Positions 10,629 through 20,596 of a stretch of 56,839 bases of DNA are shown here, piece after piece. The DNA is from Patescibacteria group bacterium. GTDB lineage: Bacteria > Patescibacteriota > Kazan-3B-28 > UBA10110. The position numbers were made by a program, and so were the translations under genes. Position 1 is the stretch's first letter, and the number at the start of each line of letters is the position of its first letter. The stretch is taken from positions 1 to 56,839 of the forward strand of contig JAFGPN010000018.1 of assembly GCA_016936175.1 (NCBI GenBank). The letters are read 5' to 3'. The notes below the pieces were generated by a model. It saw nothing but the letters and a program-made list of their open reading frames with translations. It had not been told where the DNA came from and did not search any database.

Positions 10629-10712
10629 GGGCGGATGGCGAAATGGTAGACGCACTAGCTTTAGGAGCTAGCGGGGCAACCCATGGAGGTTCGAGTCCTC
10701 TTCCGCCCACCA
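10629..10712 (+). tRNA. tRNA-Leu(TAG)
   Basis: Cloverleaf, anticodon arm ctagc-ttTAGga-gctag, long variable arm, CCA. Confidence 0.96.
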
Positions 10713-10754
10713 CAAAATAAACACCGGCACACGCCGGTGGTTGTTTTGTTATGC

Positions 10755-10859
10755 GAGGACTCGAACCGGAGTCCTCCCTGCCCGCCCGCCTGCCCGCGGA
10801 CGCGGGACGCGGCCAGGGCAGTCCCGATTTATCGGGACGCAGGAGGGTTCCGCCCACCA
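10755..10859. repeat. tRNA-Leu 3'-end duplications interrupted by nested palindromic inserts
   Basis: Inverted T-arm copy gaggactcgaacc; direct copy gagtcctc[10777-10847]ttccgcccacca. Confidence 0.8.
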
Positions 10860-11021
10860 ATTGCTCATACCCGAGGTTGCGGTTTCGGTCATTTTTGGGT
10901 ATAATAGTATCTGAAATCAATCGGACCTTGAAAATTAAATGTTACTCTAAAGAAGTTTTTATTTTTATTATTCTTTGGAGTATAAAAGAGGGCATTATAT
11001 TAACGTTAGGAAGGAGACAAG

Positions 11022-11717
11022 ATGCAGAACAACCTCCTCAATGAGTGGGGTCAAGCTGTGCTCAATCCGCTTCAGGATATCTGGTATCGTTTCTTAATCT
11101 TTCTGCCCAATTTAATCGGCGCTTTACTGATCATCCTAATTGGATGGATTGTCGCCGTGGGGTTAGATAGATTAGTAACTCAAATCCTTAAGCAGCTTAA
11201 GCTTGATCACGCTTTGAACAAAGTCGGCACTAAGACCTTGTTCAAAAAGTCTGGCGTGGATTTTGAGGCGTCAGATTTCATCGGTGGCTTAGTTAAGTGG
11301 ACGGTCCTACTGATCGCCCTTCTCGCCGCCGCAGATGTTTTGGGCTTAAGCAAGATCACAGATTTCTTGAACGCGATTCTTAGTTACATCCCAAACATCT
11401 TCGTGGCCATCGCTATTCTGTTAATTGGAATGTTGGCCGCTAATTTCTTTGCCCATGTGGTTCGAGGCGGCGTAGGCGCCGCTCGAATTAAGGTGGCCAA
11501 TCTTCTGGCTGCCGTTACCAGGTGGACCATTTGGATCTTCGCCATATTTGCAGCGTTGACCCAGCTGGGTATCGCCGAAGCGATTATCAACAACCTGATC
11601 ATGGCCATCTTCTTTATGATTGCCTTGGCTGGTGGTTTGGCCTTCGGTTTAGGCGGTCAAAAAGCCGCTTCAGAAACCTTGGAAGACATGAAAAAAGAAA
11701 TGAGACACCGCGACTAA
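11022..11717 (+). CDS. TM-helix repeat protein (CmpX/MscS-associated type)
   Basis: Repeated FLPNLIGALLIILIGW / YIPNIFVAIAILLIG, LAFGLGG. Confidence 0.85.
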   Translation: MQNNLLNEWGQAVLNPLQDIWYRFLIFLPNLIGALLIILIGWIVAVGLDRLVTQILKQLKLDHALNKVGTKTLFKKSGVDFEASDFIGGLVKWTVLLIALLAAADVLGLSKITDFLNAILSYIPNIFVAIAILLIGMLAANFFAHVVRGGVGAARIKVANLLAAVTRWTIWIFAIFAALTQLGIAEAIINNLIMAIFFMIALAGGLAFGLGGQKAASETLEDMKKEMRHRD

Positions 11718-11733
11718 TCAAAACCAAAATACC

Positions 11734-11761
11734 AAAAAATCCCGGTTAACCGGGATTTTTT
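11734..11761. terminator. Bidirectional rho-independent terminator
   Basis: aaaaaatcccgg-ttaa-ccgggatttttt between convergent genes. Confidence 0.8.
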
Positions 11762-11769
11762 GGTTGCAT

Positions 11770-12045
11770 GTCATCCTGAAACGAGTTCAGGATGACAAGG
11801 ATTTGTTGTTTTTGTCTGGGTCCCCGGGTCAAGCCCAAGATTCCTGCTTTCCGACTACGCCAAGGCTACGACGGACAAGTCGCAGGAATAACAAGAGAGA
11901 TAGATCGCCACGGGCTATCGCCCTCGCAATGACAACGGGGGAGGTAAGAGCAACCCCACCCTACCTCCCCTTGCCAAGGGGAGGAGAGGAGGGGTTAGAT
12001 TACTGTTTGACCGAGATCTGATCTCAGATATCCGATATCCGGAAA
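11770..12045. repeat. Cluster of REP-like palindromes
   Basis: gtcatcctgaa..ttcaggatgac, gattcctgc..gcaggaat, ctcccctt..aagggag and a 7-mer tract. Confidence 0.75.
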
Positions 12046-12047
12046 TG

Positions 12048-13184
12048 CTATTTCATTTCGCCCAGGGTAACCGATACCTCCATTGTTTTACCGCCACGAA
12101 GTAGTTTAACCTTAATCACATCCCCAGGCTTATGCAATTTTAAAACCGAGGGGATGGTTACACTCTCATCGATGGTTTTACCATCTAACACAGTAATGAT
12201 ATCGTTCTCTTTTATCCCCGCTTTATCTGCCGGCCCGCCCGGCGTTACCGCAAACTCCGACGCATTAGCGCCACGGGTAACTATCGCGCCCTTATCAACC
12301 GACATGTGGTTAGCGGCGGCCAGCTCTGGGGTTATTGTCATATATCGGATGCCCAGCATCGGCCGAGAAATCTTCCCGCCGGCCGCCACCGCTTCGATAC
12401 TAGATTTAACGTCGTTGATGGGGATGGCAAAACCAATTGATTGGCCCTGAATATCAATGGCTGTATTAATGCCAATGACCTCGCCTGCCAAATTAACTAA
12501 CGGACCGCCCGAGTTCCCCGGGTTAATCGCCGCATCGGTCTGGATAACGTTATCGATCTGTTCCGAACCGCCCGAACCGCCCCCAGCTGTAATCGCTCGA
12601 CCAATGCCGCTAATAATGCCAGTGGTGACTGTATTCTGATACTGACCTAAAGCATTACCGATGGCCACAACTTGCTGGCCAACTCGTAACTTACTTGAAT
12701 CTCCTAAGGTTGCAACCGGCAAATTAGAGGCCGATATTTTTAGAACGGCTAAGTCGTTAAAGGCATCTCGAGCCACTACTGTGGCATCGTAGGTTTTACC
12801 GCTTGAGGTGGTAACGGTATATTTAGCGTCTGCGGACGCCACGTGACGATTAGTAACTATCAAGCCGTTATTCCGAATAATAAATCCGGTTCCACTACCG
12901 GTTTGTTCATAAGTACCCCCAAAAAATCCTGTTACTTGATTGGTGTAGGTAATACTGGCAACCGCTGGTGACACTTTGGCTACCACATCTTCGACTGACG
13001 TGTCATTCACAGTTCCACCAGTTGAATTATTGGTGGTAGTGGTGGTGTTATCAATCGCCGCGCTGTTATTGGCTGGTGCTTGTAGCCAAGATAGCTGACC
13101 ATTGCCCCACAATAAAACGAGGGCTAATCCTCCGACTAATCCCCCCAGAACCCCCCAGCCAAAATTAGCTAACCATTTTTGCAT
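12048..13184 (-). CDS. htrA: HtrA/DegP-family serine protease with PDZ domain
   Basis: TNRHV, DLAVLK, TDAAINPGNSGGPL, C-terminal PDZ. Confidence 0.95.
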   Translation of the reverse strand: MQKWLANFGWGVLGGLVGGLALVLLWGNGQLSWLQAPANNSAAIDNTTTTTNNSTGGTVNDTSVEDVVAKVSPAVASITYTNQVTGFFGGTYEQTGSGTGFIIRNNGLIVTNRHVASADAKYTVTTSSGKTYDATVVARDAFNDLAVLKISASNLPVATLGDSSKLRVGQQVVAIGNALGQYQNTVTTGIISGIGRAITAGGGSGGSEQIDNVIQTDAAINPGNSGGPLVNLAGEVIGINTAIDIQGQSIGFAIPINDVKSSIEAVAAGGKISRPMLGIRYMTITPELAAANHMSVDKGAIVTRGANASEFAVTPGGPADKAGIKENDIITVLDGKTIDESVTIPSVLKLHKPGDVIKVKLLRGGKTMEVSVTLGEMK

Positions 13185-13189
13185 TAGTC

Positions 13190-13990
13190 TTATATGTTAG
13201 GAGATATAACAAATAACATGTCGAAGAAGAACAGGGTAAGCAGTAACACAGCAGCTATACCAATATATTCAAATATTACTTTTATGGTCAAGTTGCCTTT
13301 TAGATAATGCGCCACGAAATCCGAATAGAGGTAATATACTACCAGCAATAAAAAGGTTTTGAAGTAAATGTTCTTATGCCAAGCGCCGGTAACCCAGACT
13401 AACTGTTCGCTGATCAACGCCAACACAAAGGCATAAAGCCAGAACCGTTTAGTTGATATCCCCTGTCGCCAAAATAGCAGATATAGGCTGAAGATAACCT
13501 GAACCGCTACCCCCAACATCAACCAAAAAATACCCAAGCTGTAAAACTGGACCGCAAACATTAATGAGGCGCTGGTAATGAACAACACCAGCAATCGGAC
13601 TAACCCCAGCCAATGGATAGCCGGCAGGGGCCACTGGCCAGTATCGATATGCTCTTGATGCCAATAACCTACTAGCCAGCTCACCGCCAAGATCAAAGCC
13701 GCGACCAGTTCGATCTGCCACAATCTCATGACCGAGAAAAGCAAAAAGCCGGTCGAGCCCATTACCACCCAAATCAACTCGCCGGCCAACATTCGGGTTG
13801 AGAAATCCCACCTTAAATTACCGATCCACCAGCTAAAAAGTATCAACACGATTAATAACAGAGCCATCCACCACGGTAACTGAACCGGCAAAAAATACAT
13901 TAATTGAAAGATACCCAAAAGCACTACTAAAAGTAGTAGTAACTTTCGGTGATGCCAAAACCAGTTAAAATTGAGTGGTTGTTTGATCAA
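13190..13990 (-). CDS. Polytopic membrane protein, unknown function
   Basis: About 8-9 hydrophobic segments; overlaps neighbour by 4 nt. Confidence 0.8.
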   Translation of the reverse strand: MIKQPLNFNWFWHHRKLLLLLVVLLGIFQLMYFLPVQLPWWMALLLIVLILFSWWIGNLRWDFSTRMLAGELIWVVMGSTGFLLFSVMRLWQIELVAALILAVSWLVGYWHQEHIDTGQWPLPAIHWLGLVRLLVLFITSASLMFAVQFYSLGIFWLMLGVAVQVIFSLYLLFWRQGISTKRFWLYAFVLALISEQLVWVTGAWHKNIYFKTFLLLVVYYLYSDFVAHYLKGNLTIKVIFEYIGIAAVLLLTLFFFDMLFVISPNI

Positions 13991-15387
13991 AGCGAGCTTG
14001 CTTCAGTCCCCAACACTACCCGCACCTCCGCAGTAGTAGTGGTAGTTACCTTATCAGTACCAATCTCGGCGTTTAACGAACTGGCCAATCGTTTAACCTC
14101 CCACTCACGCTTACCCTCAGACAGATCGTAAACCATAGTCTTGGTAAAGCCCTTAGTGGCGTTGTTACCAGTAGAGACCACATTGTAGCTTTGCGCCTTT
14201 AGCTTGGTCGATATCTTCCCGGCCAAGCCAGTTACATTAGTGCCGTTTAGCACCTCTACCTTTAATGGTTCCGTGCTGGCCATCTCTTGATCTGCCGACT
14301 CTACACTCTGACTACCAGAGACGATCTTAGCCACATAATCGGTAATGGTTTTAAAGTCATCGCCAACCGGTTTAAGCACATATAGCTCTCCCGCCCGTGT
14401 GCCATACAGTAGGCCAGTTGGAGAATCATCAAATACCTTGGTCACTAGCTGAGTGGCATCAAAATCTCTGGTTAACTCCAGCGCCCGTTTCATCTCTGCA
14501 ATAGTCAGGTTGGTTTGAATACTGTCGGTTAACAGGTCCAACACCGCCAAGGCTTTGGTCGGATTGGTTAACAGATTAATCTTCATCGCTGTTTCCCGCA
14601 TCGCCAATATCACTTGCTGCTGACGACGAGCTCTGTCAAAGTCCGATGTACTTTGGCGCGAACGGGCATACTTTAACGCCATTGCCCCATCCATCGTATA
14701 GGTACCAGCTTTAATGTTGACTACCTCAAAGGTCTTGCCTGGACCGGGATACTTGTCATCGTAAAGGTCTTTATCAACTGTCACATCAATTCCGCCCAAT
14801 CCTTCGTCGATTAATTTAGCAAAGCCAGAAAAGTCGATACGAATATAGTAAGGAATGTCTAGCCCCAAGACTTGGCCAACAACATCAGCAGCCAACTCGC
14901 CGCCCTCATTGCCTTCCTCCGCGTTACCAATCTCATAAACTGCATTGAGCTTAGAGTCTCCAAATCCAGGCACTTTAACAAACAAATCACGGGGCAACGA
15001 GAACAACATGCCACTCTTGTCGCTTACATTTAAACTGGCGACCATCACTGTATCAGTTAGATTGGGACCTTCGACCTCTGGGCCACCCCCCGGGATACCT
15101 AGCAATAGCACATTAACTCTGCCGGATTCTTCACCCAACAACTTACTGGTATTAAGAGTAAACAGGCTTTTAATGCCACCATCCCAATTCCAACCGCCCA
15201 AGGCGACCTTAGTAGCAAACCAACCAGCCACTAATAAAATAATTACTAAAATGGTTAAGCCAAAGACTCGCTTGGCTGAGCTACGCCGCTTAACTCGATG
15301 TAGCCTACTCTCTTCCACAGGCTCTTCCCGTAATTCTTCCCCCCGCGTCCGGCGAGAAGCCTTGAGATCTTTTTTCCGAATAACCAT
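13987..15387 (-). CDS. LytR-CpsA-Psr (LCP) family protein with LytR_C domain
   Basis: TDTVMV, SLPRDL, ARSR..SDFDRARRQQ, VEVLNGT..GLA. Confidence 0.93.
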   Translation of the reverse strand: MVIRKKDLKASRRTRGEELREEPVEESRLHRVKRRSSAKRVFGLTILVIILLVAGWFATKVALGGWNWDGGIKSLFTLNTSKLLGEESGRVNVLLLGIPGGGPEVEGPNLTDTVMVASLNVSDKSGMLFSLPRDLFVKVPGFGDSKLNAVYEIGNAEEGNEGGELAADVVGQVLGLDIPYYIRIDFSGFAKLIDEGLGGIDVTVDKDLYDDKYPGPGKTFEVVNIKAGTYTMDGAMALKYARSRQSTSDFDRARRQQQVILAMRETAMKINLLTNPTKALAVLDLLTDSIQTNLTIAEMKRALELTRDFDATQLVTKVFDDSPTGLLYGTRAGELYVLKPVGDDFKTITDYVAKIVSGSQSVESADQEMASTEPLKVEVLNGTNVTGLAGKISTKLKAQSYNVVSTGNNATKGFTKTMVYDLSEGKREWEVKRLASSLNAEIGTDKVTTTTTAEVRVVLGTEASSL

Positions 15388-15487
15388 AAGACTCCTGATA
15401 AATTATTTTATGTACTACTACTAATCATAATACATCAATCCAAATCAATTGACACACTGCTTAGGAAATACGGACAATGGTGTCGGA

Positions 15488-16504
15488 ATGCATGATGATG
15501 AAGAAGAAAAAGTAACGTCCGGGTTTTACCTCTCCCGCCCACTGCTGGTGATCGGTTTGGTAGTGCTAATACTGGGAGTTGGCATAATCTCATTTGTCCA
15601 GGCAGGGGGGCGACAAGCGATAGCCAAAAGTTGGTTGGGATGGTTTTTGCCATCGTTTAGCCTAGAGATAAAAGCCAGTCCATCTTACTTACCAGCTGAC
15701 GGTAACAGCACGACCCTAATCGATATTGTCGCCAAAGATAAGCACGGCCAGTTAATCGATGGCAGTGACATCGAAATCAACCTAGTGCAAGGTATCGGCG
15801 ACCTGACCAATTCGGCTGATATGCCGTCCAATGTATCAAAGCAGGTGATTTTGCGGACTCCCGCCAAACCGCAAGTCATAATAATTGAAGCGGATTTTAG
15901 AGGGATAAAAGAAACCGTCACGGTAGATATTTTTGATCCGGCCCCTCCAGCCGTCCCGACCCTTAAAGCTCCCGCCGACAAAGCTGTAATCACCACCGCT
16001 ATTCCTACAATATCCGGTCAGGGCCCGGTCGGGACCAAAGTTGAAGCGTACGTTGATGATCAACAAAATACCATTTTTACAGTAGACTCATCCGGAAACT
16101 TTGCTGGTCCATTAGAACAAGCCATTAAGCGCGGTCAGCACAGCCTTAAGTTAATTTCGATAAATAAGTACGGGGTCAGAAGCGCCGCCTCTATCCCCAT
16201 CACTATTGAGATTCGCACTCCGGACCCAGAGATCGATCTGGCCAACCTTCGGATTAAACCCAATCCGGCCAAGGCCGGCGAGGTGTTTTATGTCTTCGTC
16301 CCGGTTTCATCTAATACCCAATCAGTTAAGCTGATGATAGAAAACACTTCCTACGCCCTCGCCGACCGCAACCGTTCTAGCATCTACAGCGCTACCCTAA
16401 GGGCCCCCACTTCGCCCGGCCTCTACCCCATATCTCTAATCATCACTAATCAGGGGGGAGATAGTGTTTTGGCCGAGAATATTGCCTCGCTTAAAGTCCG
16501 CTGA
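15488..16504 (+). CDS. Membrane-anchored Ig-like domain surface protein
   Basis: TM followed by PADG..T invasin-type and Big-like beta domains; ATG 15488 preferred over TTG 15449. Confidence 0.75.
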   Translation: MHDDEEEKVTSGFYLSRPLLVIGLVVLILGVGIISFVQAGGRQAIAKSWLGWFLPSFSLEIKASPSYLPADGNSTTLIDIVAKDKHGQLIDGSDIEINLVQGIGDLTNSADMPSNVSKQVILRTPAKPQVIIIEADFRGIKETVTVDIFDPAPPAVPTLKAPADKAVITTAIPTISGQGPVGTKVEAYVDDQQNTIFTVDSSGNFAGPLEQAIKRGQHSLKLISINKYGVRSAASIPITIEIRTPDPEIDLANLRIKPNPAKAGEVFYVFVPVSSNTQSVKLMIENTSYALADRNRSSIYSATLRAPTSPGLYPISLIITNQGGDSVLAENIASLKVR

Positions 16505-16652
16505 TAGGAGCTCTGGGAGCCCCAAAATAACTCTTGACCCCATTAGAAATCGCTGATGAGACCTGCCAATGGGATCTACGAAGAGTGAAATGGCCCCCGA
16601 TTAATCGAAATACCAGGGCTACGCCCAAGGCTTCTCCGGACTTCTAAAGGGG

Positions 16653-16681
16653 TTGACAAAATACTTTATTCGAGGTAGTAT
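16653..16681 (+). promoter_or_regulatory. Sigma70-type promoter
   Basis: TTGACA-17-TAGTAT upstream of the LysM/M23 gene. Confidence 0.7.
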
Positions 16682-16978
16682 ATGGACGGTTTCCAAAGTA
16701 TGCGGAAACCTTTTTGGTAGGGATAAAACACATATCCTCATCCATAAATTTAGAGGATCACTATTAGTACCTCATCTAAAATTAGGTCCGGACTCCCCCC
16801 TCATAATGATCCGCCTAGGCGGACCATCACTAAAAAGGGGGTCTTAGCTGTAATCCAAAAGATAGCTAAACGAGGACGAGGGCTACGGAGCATTAAGCTA
16901 ACCAGCCGCTCGTTTACCAGAGGGATAGATCTGCGCAAAACTGTCCGTTCGTTTGGAGAATCTGGTAAACATTGGGGG

Positions 16979-17968
16979 TTGGTAACTTTGTCAGTCATCG
17001 TCTTGTTTAGCAGTATCAAGCTAGGCGCTCCAGCCGGGACCGGTGGCCCGGCTAACAATAATGTGCGTTATCGCACCATCGCCGAGATCGCCTCGGCCGC
17101 CACCTTGGCAGAGTTAGGCAACCCCCTGTATAGCAACGAGGAGTACACCACTAACGTTGATGCAAACGGCGAGTACCTATTTAAAACCGTCCAGACCGAA
17201 ACGATTATCAGTCGAAGCAACCGAACCAAAACCATTAAATATATCGTTCGTGAAGGCGAATCAATCAACAGCTTGGCCAGTGACTTTGGCATCACTGCCT
17301 TAACTCTTAAATATGCTAACGGTCTGTCTAATAACTCGCTAAAAGTTGGGCAAGAGTTAAAAATCCCGCCGCTTGATGGCTTATACGCTACAGTCCAACG
17401 CAACGATACCCTCAGCAGTATCGCCAATCGCTATCATGTAAAAGTTGACGATATTATTAAATATAACGGACTTATCCCAGGCGATCCGATCTTTGCTGGC
17501 CACGAACTACTAATTCCCGGAGCGATTGTACCCAAGACTACTGCCGCACCGTCTAGTAGCAGCAAGGTTGGTGTACCTGCATTTAACCCAACACCCTATT
17601 CTGGTCGATTCATCTGGCCGACCGAAACACCCACCCATTACATATCACAAGGATACCGCAGTGGACATCGCGCCATCGACCTTAACCGCTTAAACGGATG
17701 GGGCATTTATGCCTCTGCTCCAGGTGTAATCCAGACGCAAAGAAGCCGTTGGGGCTACGGCAACCTAATCATTATCAATCATGGTGGCGGTTGGAGCACC
17801 TACTACGGTCATTTGAGTGAATTTAGGGTAAGTCCAGGCGAATACGTCCAGCAGGGCCAACTTATCGGAATTATGGGTTCGACGGGCCGTTCAACCGGGC
17901 CCCATCTGCACTTCGAGATTCGCCAAAACGACATCCTCTTAAACCCGCTAAACTACCTACCTCGATGA
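16979..17968 (+). CDS. LysM-repeat M23 family peptidoglycan endopeptidase (true start may be upstream, ATT 16763)
   Basis: Two LysM domains, HRAID, YGHL, STGPHLHFE. Confidence 0.93.
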   Translation: MVTLSVIVLFSSIKLGAPAGTGGPANNNVRYRTIAEIASAATLAELGNPLYSNEEYTTNVDANGEYLFKTVQTETIISRSNRTKTIKYIVREGESINSLASDFGITALTLKYANGLSNNSLKVGQELKIPPLDGLYATVQRNDTLSSIANRYHVKVDDIIKYNGLIPGDPIFAGHELLIPGAIVPKTTAAPSSSSKVGVPAFNPTPYSGRFIWPTETPTHYISQGYRSGHRAIDLNRLNGWGIYASAPGVIQTQRSRWGYGNLIIINHGGGWSTYYGHLSEFRVSPGEYVQQGQLIGIMGSTGRSTGPHLHFEIRQNDILLNPLNYLPR

Positions 17969-18468
17969 TAGTGACAATTCTCTTGTCACTATGGGCTTCG
18001 CCAATTTTTATTATCGAAACCGCCGGAGCGTTACTGCTCTGGACTTTTCGCCAAGTTGTGCCGATTAAAATCCATACTGACCCCAAACTACCTTATGCTT
18101 GGGCGTGGTTGTTTTATGTTCGACCCAACACCTTCCTACGAAAATATATGGATAAACGAGAGTGGAAAGGGTGGGGTCGTGGAAATATAATTGTTGTCCG
18201 TGAGGATGTCCTCGCTGCTCGTCCCGCAATCCCCCTCCACGAGCTCCGCCATGTTTGGCAGATTATGGTGCTGGGAATTTTCAAGCCAATTATCTCCATC
18301 CCCACCACTTTGGTGTATCGCATTCTCTATGGAGCCAAGTTAGGATACTGGCTAAATCCATTTGAGCAAGATTGTTACCGTTTCTCCGGCGAGACCGAAT
18401 TAATGAATCAACGCATCCAAGAACTACGGCAATTACGCCATTGGAGCCCGAGTGTCCCGAATCGATAA
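17965..18468 (+). CDS. Hypothetical protein with HExxH zincin-like motif
   Basis: HELRHVWQ...NPFE; ATGA overlap with upstream gene. Confidence 0.65.
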   Translation: MIVTILLSLWASPIFIIETAGALLLWTFRQVVPIKIHTDPKLPYAWAWLFYVRPNTFLRKYMDKREWKGWGRGNIIVVREDVLAARPAIPLHELRHVWQIMVLGIFKPIISIPTTLVYRILYGAKLGYWLNPFEQDCYRFSGETELMNQRIQELRQLRHWSPSVPNR

Positions 18469-18469
18469 A

Positions 18470-18631
18470 ATTAGCGCTGCCGAAGCTGTTGTTTGAGTCC
18501 CGGTATACCGGGACGAGTTCAGCGATAGGCGGAAAGCTATATTTTATCTGATGAGGAGCGAAGGCGACTGGCGGCCGGTTTGGGGCCACCCGTTTGCCGG
18601 GACAAATGGGTAGCAAAAAATATTAGGTTAA
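18470..18631. repeat. Structured intergenic repeat (other copies at 1-109 and ~20352-20520)
   Basis: Shared cgactgg..tttgg/ttcgg-[hairpin]-gcaaaaaa(ga)tattaggtta block. Confidence 0.7.
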
Positions 18632-18752
18632 AATCCTGAAACAAGTTCAGGATGACAGATGGGGAAGTTGTCATGTTGTCGCTCGCAATGACAAGTTGGG
18701 TTATGTCGTACAATATAGTAAAGAATGCTAGATGAATAATGAAGAATGTCGA

Positions 18753-19676
18753 ATGAGCAAATTAGAAGATTTGATAGATGATTTTCTCGATTATACCGAG
18801 ATAGAGAAACATCGAAGTGGCAAAACCCGAGATAACTACGCCCACTATCTGGGCCGATTTGCCGAGTTTACGGCGGGTGAAACTAGAAAAGATATCTCCC
18901 CCGCTCAAATTAACCTGCCCCTTATTCGCAAGTATCGACTGTGGCTAAATCGTTTTTCAGATGAAGCGGGCAATCCCCTAAAGCCAATTACTCAAAACTA
19001 CCACATTATTGCCCTGCGAGCTTTCCTTAAGTTTTTGGCCAAACAAGATATTAAAACTTTGACTGCCGAAAAGATAGAATTAGGCAAAACCTCAGAACGG
19101 CATATCGATTTTCTCTCCCCAGAAGAATTAGAACAGATCTTTGCCGCTGTGCCATTAGATGACAAGATCGAAAACTTACGCGACCTAACCATTTTAATTA
19201 CCCTCTTCTCCACCGGACTGCGAGTATCCGAACTTACTAATCTAAAACGCAAGGATATCGATCTCAAGCGTGGCGAGTTTATGGTTCGTGGAAAAGGCGA
19301 TAAACCACGGGTAGTATTTTTATCCGCCGATGCCAAAGATTTATTAGATAAATATTTTACTAAGCGAACCGATAACGCCGAAGCGGCTTTTGTGGCCCAT
19401 AAAGGCCCCAGTAAACACACCGCCCTAACCCCTCGTAGTGTTCAACGAATTGTAGAAAAATATACCAAAGCCGCTGGTATAGTTAAAAAAGTAACTCCGC
19501 ATGTTCTGCGCCACTCCTTCGCCACCGACCTACTAATCAATGGAGCAGACATTCGCTCCGTGCAAACCATGCTCGGCCACTCCTCTATTACTACTACCCA
19601 GATCTATACCCACCTCACCAATCCCCACTTGAAAGAGATACACCGTACCTTTCATAACAAACGGGGTCGAAAGTGA
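18753..19676 (+). CDS. Tyrosine recombinase, XerC/XerD family
   Basis: TGLRVSEL, GKGDK, HVLRHSFAT, LGH, TTQIY catalytic residues; start 18753 or 18732. Confidence 0.93.
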   Translation: MSKLEDLIDDFLDYTEIEKHRSGKTRDNYAHYLGRFAEFTAGETRKDISPAQINLPLIRKYRLWLNRFSDEAGNPLKPITQNYHIIALRAFLKFLAKQDIKTLTAEKIELGKTSERHIDFLSPEELEQIFAAVPLDDKIENLRDLTILITLFSTGLRVSELTNLKRKDIDLKRGEFMVRGKGDKPRVVFLSADAKDLLDKYFTKRTDNAEAAFVAHKGPSKHTALTPRSVQRIVEKYTKAAGIVKKVTPHVLRHSFATDLLINGADIRSVQTMLGHSSITTTQIYTHLTNPHLKEIHRTFHNKRGRK

Positions 19677-19697
19677 ACAATACTACAGGGAAGCTTG

Positions 19698-19757
19698 CCC
19701 CGTACCAACATACCGCTGAAATTGCGGTAGCAATTTCCGGCTTGTTTGGTATCGGGG
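19698..19757. repeat. CCCCG...CGGGG element, copy 2
   Basis: Close sequence match to 43071-43132. Confidence 0.85.
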
Positions 19758-19788
19758 TACATAAAGCATTTCATAACCGCCGCAAAAA

Positions 19789-20319
19789 ATGATGAACGAC
19801 CAAGACTGGCAAAAATTAGATAGCAAACAGGTCTATAAAGGATACCGCAATGTTGTGCGAACTAATTTTAGAATGCCAAATGGTAAAACAATCGACTATG
19901 ACATAATCGATGAAGGTCGAGCCGTCTGTGTGTTAGCGCTAACAGCCAACCAACAGGTAGTTCTCGCCAAACAGTTCCGACCCGGACAGAACAAAATCCT
20001 GCTCGAACTGCCCGGCGGTGGTGCCAAAAAAGACGAAGATCCGCTAGACGCGATCAAACGAGAGCTATTAGAAGAAACTGGCTACACCGGTAATTTCCAA
20101 TTTGTCAGCACCAGCTGGCACTCCGCCTACTCGACCCTCCAACGATATAATTTTGTCGCCACCAACTGTGTTAAGGTGGCCGAACCAGACTCGGGTGATG
20201 AAGAATTTACCGAGGTGGTTTTAATGTCCTTGTCAGAATTTCGGGAGCACCTAAGAAGCGGCGAACTAACCGATATGGGCACCGGTTATCGCTGCCTCGA
20301 CTTCCTCCATTTATTGTAG
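19789..20319 (+). CDS. NUDIX hydrolase (ADP-ribose pyrophosphatase-like)
   Basis: ELPGG...AIKRELLEETG Nudix box, QFRP. Confidence 0.92.
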   Translation: MMNDQDWQKLDSKQVYKGYRNVVRTNFRMPNGKTIDYDIIDEGRAVCVLALTANQQVVLAKQFRPGQNKILLELPGGGAKKDEDPLDAIKRELLEETGYTGNFQFVSTSWHSAYSTLQRYNFVATNCVKVAEPDSGDEEFTEVVLMSLSEFREHLRSGELTDMGTGYRCLDFLHLL

Positions 20320-20596
20320 AGCCTTATCGCCATCGGAGGAGGAACGTCCTCAATTGAGCTAAATCCTGGTTGGGTGGAGGCACTTGTCTGACCCCGACTT
20401 GTCGGGGGAGTTGTGCCGGGAGCGCCCAGGGATTTAGCCAATTGATAGCTCCGACGACTGGCCGTCCTTTCGGTGCTACCACTTTGGACGAGCAAAGTGG
20501 TAGCGAAAAGATAATGTTGTACGATTCTGGACCCTCCTGCGCCAAGGCTACAGACGGGCAGACAAGCCAGAATGACGTGGTTAGCACGGCCAACAA

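Noticed and set aside
10588-11044. Three ORFs around tRNA-Leu
   Set aside because: They overlap the tRNA and nested GC-rich repeats
11764-12021. 85-aa ORF
   Set aside because: Consists entirely of REP-like palindromes
18732-19676. Xer-like recombinase as integron integrase or prophage marker
   Set aside because: No IntI-specific insertion evident, housekeeping context, no phage genes, 33 kb from the array; no dif site recognised
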